From Acidimicrobiales bacterium (GTDB taxonomy: Bacteria; Actinomycetota; Acidimicrobiia; Acidimicrobiales; Salinilacustritrichaceae): DNA of 64,000 nt. Below, in pieces: positions 58,792-64,000 of this stretch (positions are counted from its first letter, which is position 1; each line of letters begins with the position of its first letter). The position numbers and the translations under genes were made by a program. Under the pieces are notes generated by a model that had not been told where the DNA came from, ran no database searches, and was given only the letters and a program-made list of their open reading frames with translations. The DNA lies in contig JBHIXO010000002.1 of the NCBI GenBank assembly GCA_041984725.1, positions 4,880 through 68,879 of the forward strand, read 5' to 3'.

Positions 58792-60015
58792 ATGACCACC
58801 ACCGACCCGAGCTCCCACGTCGAGGATTGGACCACCGACTTCGACATCCTCGACCGCGACTACGTCGCCGACCCCGCGGCGGTGTGGAGTGAACTCCGGC
58901 AGCGGTGCCCGGTCGCCCACACCGACCGCTACGGGTCCACCTGGTTGCCGACGCGCTACGACGACCTCGCGAAGATCGCCCACGACGTCGAGCGGTTCTC
59001 CTCTCGTGACATCGCCGTCATCACCCCGGGTCGCGACCTGAACCCGGAAGCGGCGATCATGCTCATCGCCCCGCCGATCACCTCCGACCCGCCCGTGCAC
59101 ACCTGGGCTCGGCGCATGCTCTTGCCCCGGTTCAGCCCGAAGGCGATCGACGAGCTCACCCCGATCACCCACGGCCTGGCCGACGATCTGATCGATGGCT
59201 TCGTCGACGCCGGCGAGGCAGATGCCGCAGTGGACTACAGCCAGCACATCCCCGTGCGGGTGATCGCCCGCATGCTCGGCGTTCCCCTCGAGGACGAGAC
59301 GATCTTCACCCGATGGGCGGTGACGATCCTCCAGAATGGGTTCCAGAACATCCAAGGGGCGACCGACGCGGTCATGGAAGTCATCCAGTACTTCGGGGCG
59401 AAGCTGGACGAGCGCGAGCGGATGCCCGAAGTGGAGCGTCCCGACGATCTCATCACCATGCTCGTGGAAGCCCGCCACGATGGCGACCGCCTCGACGACC
59501 CGCACCGCATCGGGAGCTGCTTCCTGCTCTTGCTTGCCGGGATCGATACCACGTGGAGCTCCATCGGTTCGAGTCTGTACCACCTCGCCAGCCACCCGGA
59601 GGACCAACAGCGTTTGCGCGACGAGCCCGATTTGATGGCGAGCGCCATCGAGGAGTTCCTCCGCTTCTACAGCCCGGTCACGATGGCCCGCTACGTCGCC
59701 GAGGACACCGAGTTCGCAGGCTGCCCCATGAAGCGCGGGGACAAGATCTTGATGGCGTTCCCAGCCGGCAACCGTGACCCCGAACACTTCGAACGCCCCG
59801 ACGAGTTCGTCATCGATCGGCAGCGCAACCGCCACTTCGCCTTCGGGTCGGGGATCCATCGCTGCCTGGGGTCGAACCTGGCCCGCATGGAGCTGCGGGT
59901 CGCCATCGAGCGATTCCTGGACCGGATCCCGACCTTCGAGCTGGCTGACCCTGGTGCGGTGACGTGGAGTGGTGGTCAGGTCCGCGGTCCCCGCCGCGTG
60001 CCAGTGCGCTGGTAG
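58792..60015 (+). CDS. Cytochrome P450
   Basis: AGIDTT, EEFLR, FGSGIHRCLG. Confidence 0.95.
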   Translation: MTTTDPSSHVEDWTTDFDILDRDYVADPAAVWSELRQRCPVAHTDRYGSTWLPTRYDDLAKIAHDVERFSSRDIAVITPGRDLNPEAAIMLIAPPITSDPPVHTWARRMLLPRFSPKAIDELTPITHGLADDLIDGFVDAGEADAAVDYSQHIPVRVIARMLGVPLEDETIFTRWAVTILQNGFQNIQGATDAVMEVIQYFGAKLDERERMPEVERPDDLITMLVEARHDGDRLDDPHRIGSCFLLLLAGIDTTWSSIGSSLYHLASHPEDQQRLRDEPDLMASAIEEFLRFYSPVTMARYVAEDTEFAGCPMKRGDKILMAFPAGNRDPEHFERPDEFVIDRQRNRHFAFGSGIHRCLGSNLARMELRVAIERFLDRIPTFELADPGAVTWSGGQVRGPRRVPVRW

Positions 60016-60044
60016 GGGCGAGCGCGGTCTCCGGCCGCGAGAAT

Positions 60045-60718
60045 CGACGACGAACCGACCCGCGGGCACGCACCTAGAGACCACCGGCCGCGGACCGTCC
60101 GTGGTGCTCACGCACGGCTTCGGCGATGACTCCTCGACGTTCCGCGCCCAACGCCCAGCCCTCGACGGCCATCGCGTGCATTGGTGGGACCTCCCCGGCC
60201 ACGGGCGCTCCGATCCCTAGCAGCCCTCCACCAGGGCGTCGGCTCCGGATTGGCTCGAGTCCGTGATCGGGCACGCGGACCCCGGGCCGGTGGTGCTGGT
60301 CGGACATAGCCTCGGCGGCTACCTGTCGCTGTGCCGCACGGTGCTCGATCCCGCGGGCATCGCCGCCCTGGTGCTCGTCGCCACCGGGCCGGGGTTCCGC
60401 GATCCGGCGAAGCGAGAGGCGTGGAACGACTTCGTCACTGGTTTCGCGGAGCGCCACGGCGTGCCGGCGTCGGCGCAGGGCATCTGCGCCCAACCCGACG
60501 GTGTGGTGCTCGAGCGGCTGGAGCAGGTGCATGTCCCGAGGCTGGTGGTCGTCGGCGGCGGCGAGCGATACCACCCGGGCAGCCGGGTCATCGCCAATCG
60601 GGTTCCTGGCGCACGGTTGGTGGAGGTCGACGGTGCTGGCCACTTCCCGCACCGCACCCACGCCGACCGGTTCAACCGCCAGCTCCGTGACTTCCTCGCA
60701 GCGACGTTCCCGTCCTGA
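60045..60718 (+). pseudogene. Alpha/beta hydrolase with in-frame TAG and no clear start
   Basis: THGFG..DLPGHGRSDP* then, in the same frame, GHSLGG..AGHFPH; TAG at 60218-60220. Confidence 0.75.
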
Positions 60719-60774
60719 CCGTCCTGCGCGGACGACCGGCGCCGATCGTGTCTACAGTTCACGGTCGGACGATC

Positions 60775-62190
60775 TCAGGATTTGGCGCCGCGCGGTAGTC
60801 GTGCCGCAAGCACGGTTCCGACCGCCGCCACGGCCGCCGCGATGAGGAAGACCAGGTTGAAGGCGTCCTGAGCTGCTCCGGCCCCGACATCGCTGGGCGT
60901 GACGGCGCCGACCCGGGACACCAGCACGGCGCTCAATAGCGCGACGCCGAGCGCTCCCGTGAGCTGTCGGTCGAGATTCTGCATGGCGCTAGCGGCCGCA
61001 GCCTGGTTCGGCTCGACGGTGCTCATCGCCCCCACGGTCGTGGGCACGTAGGCCAGCGCCGTGCCCACGCCCTGGACGACGAGGATGCCGGCGATCAACC
61101 ACTCGGACACGCCGGGATCGAGGGTCCCCAGCGCCAGCATGGTGACGGTGACGATGCCGAGACCGCTGACCGATGGCAAGCGCGCCCCGGTGCGGTCCAC
61201 CAGCCAGCCGGCGATCGGCATGGCCACCGCGACCCCGAGCGCGCCCGGGGCGAGCACCACTCCAGCATCGCGGGCGCTGAGGTCGCGAACGACCTGGAGC
61301 TCGACCGGGAGGAAGTTGAGCCGCGCGAACTGGGTCACCGAGAGCGGGGCTGTCACCGCAAGTACCACGAGGAAGCCCCGGTGGCGGAACATCCGGAGGT
61401 CGATGAGCGCGTCGGGTCGGTTACTCGACCGGCGGACGAACGTGATGAACGAGCCGACCGAGACCGAGGCGAGCACCACGATCGGAGTGGAGGTCAGACC
61501 GAGCGACCCTGCCTCGCGGGCGACGAAGACTCCGGTCACGACCGCGACGCTCGCGAGGGCCCATCCGACCGCGTCCAGCGGCCGCGGTCGCCCTTCGGTC
61601 GATGCGGGGAGCAGGACGGCGGCGGCGGCCGCGGCGATCGCCGCGAGCAGGAACATGACCACGAAGAGCCATCGCCACCCTGCTGCCGTGATCAGCCAAC
61701 CCCCGAGGGGCGGACCGGCCGCCGGCGCCGCCGCGATGCCGATGCCCCAGATCCCCATGGCCAGGCCGCGGCGGTGCGGGGGGAAGACCTCGTAGATGAT
61801 CGTCATCCCCACCGGGATCAGGATGCCGCCGGCCAAGCCCTGCACGAACCGGATGGCGACCAGGGAGTCGACCGCCGGGGCGAACACGCACCCGACGGTG
61901 CACGAGGCAAAGGCTGACAGGCCCCAGCGGTAGACCGTCGACCGACCCCAGCGATCCGCCATCCATCCGGTCGCGGGAAGGACGGTCACGACGCCCAGCA
62001 GAAATCCCGTGACCACCCAGTCGATGTCGAGTCCTCCACCCGAGGCGAGGTCGGCGGCCATCGTCGGCAGGGCGACGCCGATGACGGTGGTGTTCAACGT
62101 GACCGCGTAGCTCCCGACCAGCACAACGCCGAGTGCGATCCACGCTGATCGAGGCGTGGTTCTCGGGGCCGCGGCGACGCTCGTCGGCAA
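60775..62190 (-). CDS. DHA2 (EmrB/QacA) MFS transporter
   Basis: GWMADRWGR motif A, RFVQG, GPPLGG; TTG start after GGAGGA. Confidence 0.88.
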   Translation of the reverse strand: MPTSVAAAPRTTPRSAWIALGVVLVGSYAVTLNTTVIGVALPTMAADLASGGGLDIDWVVTGFLLGVVTVLPATGWMADRWGRSTVYRWGLSAFASCTVGCVFAPAVDSLVAIRFVQGLAGGILIPVGMTIIYEVFPPHRRGLAMGIWGIGIAAAPAAGPPLGGWLITAAGWRWLFVVMFLLAAIAAAAAAVLLPASTEGRPRPLDAVGWALASVAVVTGVFVAREAGSLGLTSTPIVVLASVSVGSFITFVRRSSNRPDALIDLRMFRHRGFLVVLAVTAPLSVTQFARLNFLPVELQVVRDLSARDAGVVLAPGALGVAVAMPIAGWLVDRTGARLPSVSGLGIVTVTMLALGTLDPGVSEWLIAGILVVQGVGTALAYVPTTVGAMSTVEPNQAAAASAMQNLDRQLTGALGVALLSAVLVSRVGAVTPSDVGAGAAQDAFNLVFLIAAAVAAVGTVLAARLPRGAKS

Positions 62191-62253
62191 GCTCAGGACT
62201 CCTCCCCGGGTCCGTCGTCGCTGCGAGACGCCGTCACGTGGATCGACGATAGA

Positions 62254-62279
62254 TGATACGGATAGTGTTTCGTGTATCG
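62254..62279. promoter_or_regulatory. N14 operator site 14
   Basis: TGATAC-N14-GTATCG between the divergent MFS and amidohydrolase genes. Confidence 0.6.
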
Positions 62280-62319
62280 ATGCCTCGGACGGGGGCGTCA
62301 CCATCGAGGGGGAACAATC

Positions 62320-63444
62320 GTGAGAGTGGACTATCCGATCATCTCTGCCGACTCGCACATCACCGAGGCGCCCGGCACCTACATCGATCACATCGATCCC
62401 AAGTGGCGGGAGCACGCGCCGAGGCTCGTCGACGGCGGGGCGGAGATCGGCGACGTGTTCGTGGTCGAGGGTTCGAAGGTGCCGGTGCCGATGGGCTTGG
62501 TCGCCGCCGCGGGGAAGGACCCGTCGGAGATCCGCGTGAAGGGCACGCGCTTCGACGAACTGCACGCCGGCGGCTGGGACCCCGCGGCCCGACTCGCCGA
62601 GCAAGACGTCGACGGCGTCGCCGCCGAGGTCATCTACCCGACCGTCGGGATGGTGCTGTGCAACATCGACGACTTCGACCTGAAGAAGGCCTCGTTCGAC
62701 GCATACAACCGATGGATCGCCGACTACTGCTCGCACGCACCCCATCGCCTGCTCGGCTGCGGGCAGACGGCGATGCGTTCGGTGGAGGAGGGCATCGCCG
62801 ACCTCGAGTCGATCAAGGCGCTCGGCCTGCGAGGCGTGATGATGCCCGGAGTTCCGGCCGTCGAGGACTACGACTCGCCGGTGTACGCGCCCTTCTGGGA
62901 CAAGGCGATCGAGCTCGGCCTGCCCTTGAGCTTCCACATCCTCACGACGCAGGAGCAGGCGCCGCGGGGACCGAAGATCTCGCGCTTCCTGTCGATCGTC
63001 CGAGGTTGTCAGGACATCATGGCGATGCTCGTCTTCGGCGGCGTGTTCGAACGCCACCCCGACCTTCGGGTGGTGTGCGTGGAGGCCGACGCCGGCTGGG
63101 TGCCGCACTTCATGTACCGGATGGACCACGCCTTCAACCGGCACCGGTACTGGCTCAAGCCCGGTGCAGACCTCCAGCGCCTCCCGAGCGAGTACTTCGC
63201 CGAGCACATCTACACCACGTTCCAGGACGACTGGACGGCCTTCCGATTCGCCGACTCGATGAACTGGAAGCGGCTGATGTGGGCCAACGACTTCCCCCAC
63301 AGCGACTCGACGTGGCCCTGGTCCCAGGACCTGCTCGACAAGCACACCGACGACCTCTCCGACGAACAGACCAAGGCGATCCTCTCCGACAACGTTGCGG
63401 ACCTCTACGACATCGACCGGTCCGTCCTCCCGACGACTCGGTGA
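62320..63444 (+). CDS. Amidohydrolase family 2 protein
   Basis: ISADSH, SFHI, FERHP.L...E..GW, WANDFPH. Confidence 0.9.
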   Translation: MRVDYPIISADSHITEAPGTYIDHIDPKWREHAPRLVDGGAEIGDVFVVEGSKVPVPMGLVAAAGKDPSEIRVKGTRFDELHAGGWDPAARLAEQDVDGVAAEVIYPTVGMVLCNIDDFDLKKASFDAYNRWIADYCSHAPHRLLGCGQTAMRSVEEGIADLESIKALGLRGVMMPGVPAVEDYDSPVYAPFWDKAIELGLPLSFHILTTQEQAPRGPKISRFLSIVRGCQDIMAMLVFGGVFERHPDLRVVCVEADAGWVPHFMYRMDHAFNRHRYWLKPGADLQRLPSEYFAEHIYTTFQDDWTAFRFADSMNWKRLMWANDFPHSDSTWPWSQDLLDKHTDDLSDEQTKAILSDNVADLYDIDRSVLPTTR

Positions 63445-63452
63445 CCAAGCGC

Positions 63453-64000
63453 ATGACACGTTCGCTCAGCATCGGGATCATCGGCGCGGGGATGGCGGGC
63501 ATCGCCACTGCCATCCAACTTCCCCATGACGGCGACGAGGTCGTCGTCTACGAGAAGGCCGACGAGGTCGGTGGGACCTGGCGAGAGAACACCTACCCCG
63601 GCATCGCGTGCGATGTCCCGTCGCACCTGTACTCGTACTCGTTCGCGCCGAACCCGGACTGGAGCCAGACGTTCTCGCCGGGGTCCGAGATCCAAGCGTA
63701 CTTCCGCGACGTCGCCCTGCGGAACGGCGTGTACGACCGCACCCGGTTCGGCGACGAGGTCACCGAGCTCACCTGGAGCGATGGTCGCTGGCACCTGCGG
63801 ACCGCCTCGGGTCACGCCGCGAGTCACGATGTGGTCATCGGGGCGACAGGGGTGCTCCACCACCCGAACGTCCCGTCGCTTCCGGGCCTCGAACGATTCG
63901 ACGGAGCGGCGTTCCACAGCGCTCGATGGGACCACGACGTCGACGTCGACGGGGTGCGGGTCGGGGTGGTAGGGACGGGGTCGAGTGCCGTGCAGATCAC
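63453..64000 (+). CDS. Flavin-containing monooxygenase/BVMO (runs off the window end)
   Basis: GAGMAG, GGTWRENTYPG, FDGAAFHSARWD, GTGSSA. Confidence 0.88.
   Translation, partial: MTRSLSIGIIGAGMAGIATAIQLPHDGDEVVVYEKADEVGGTWRENTYPGIACDVPSHLYSYSFAPNPDWSQTFSPGSEIQAYFRDVALRNGVYDRTRFGDEVTELTWSDGRWHLRTASGHAASHDVVIGATGVLHHPNVPSLPGLERFDGAAFHSARWDHDVDVDGVRVGVVGTGSSAVQI

Noticed and set aside
60775-63459. 894-aa MFS fusion protein
   Set aside because: The N-terminal ~420 aa is the antisense shadow of the amidohydrolase; the MFS starts at about 62190 after a GGAGGA RBS

Overview
High-GC actinobacterial DNA (gene content suggests Acidimicrobiia; this is inference). The left end (1-5850) is a mosaic of mobile-element debris: an HNH endonuclease, a 24-bp tmRNA 3'-end fragment resembling an att site, a DUF1778/GNAT toxin-antitoxin pair, and a TetR/P450 cassette truncated at both ends. 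The rest (5889-64000) is a large lipid or acyl-CoA uptake and catabolism island. It holds a yrbE/mce operon with Mam proteins, two LIV-type ABC systems each paired with a membrane-anchored secreted protein, three acyl-CoA dehydrogenases, two acyl-CoA synthetases, two thiolase-like/OB-fold pairs, BVMOs, a P450, two ALDHs, MMPL and MFS transporters. Three signals stand out. (1) A divergent TetR plus UbiB/ABC1-derived apparent pseudokinase module occurs twice, 46 kb apart, with a shared TTGGA-N7-TCCAA palindrome. (2) A 26-bp palindrome TGAGAC-N14-GTCTCA occurs 14 times, covering most promoter regions of the island. (3) A four-gene ferredoxin plus two-subunit ferritin-like diiron cluster has no evident known function. 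All family calls come from motif recognition by eye; no database searches were run.
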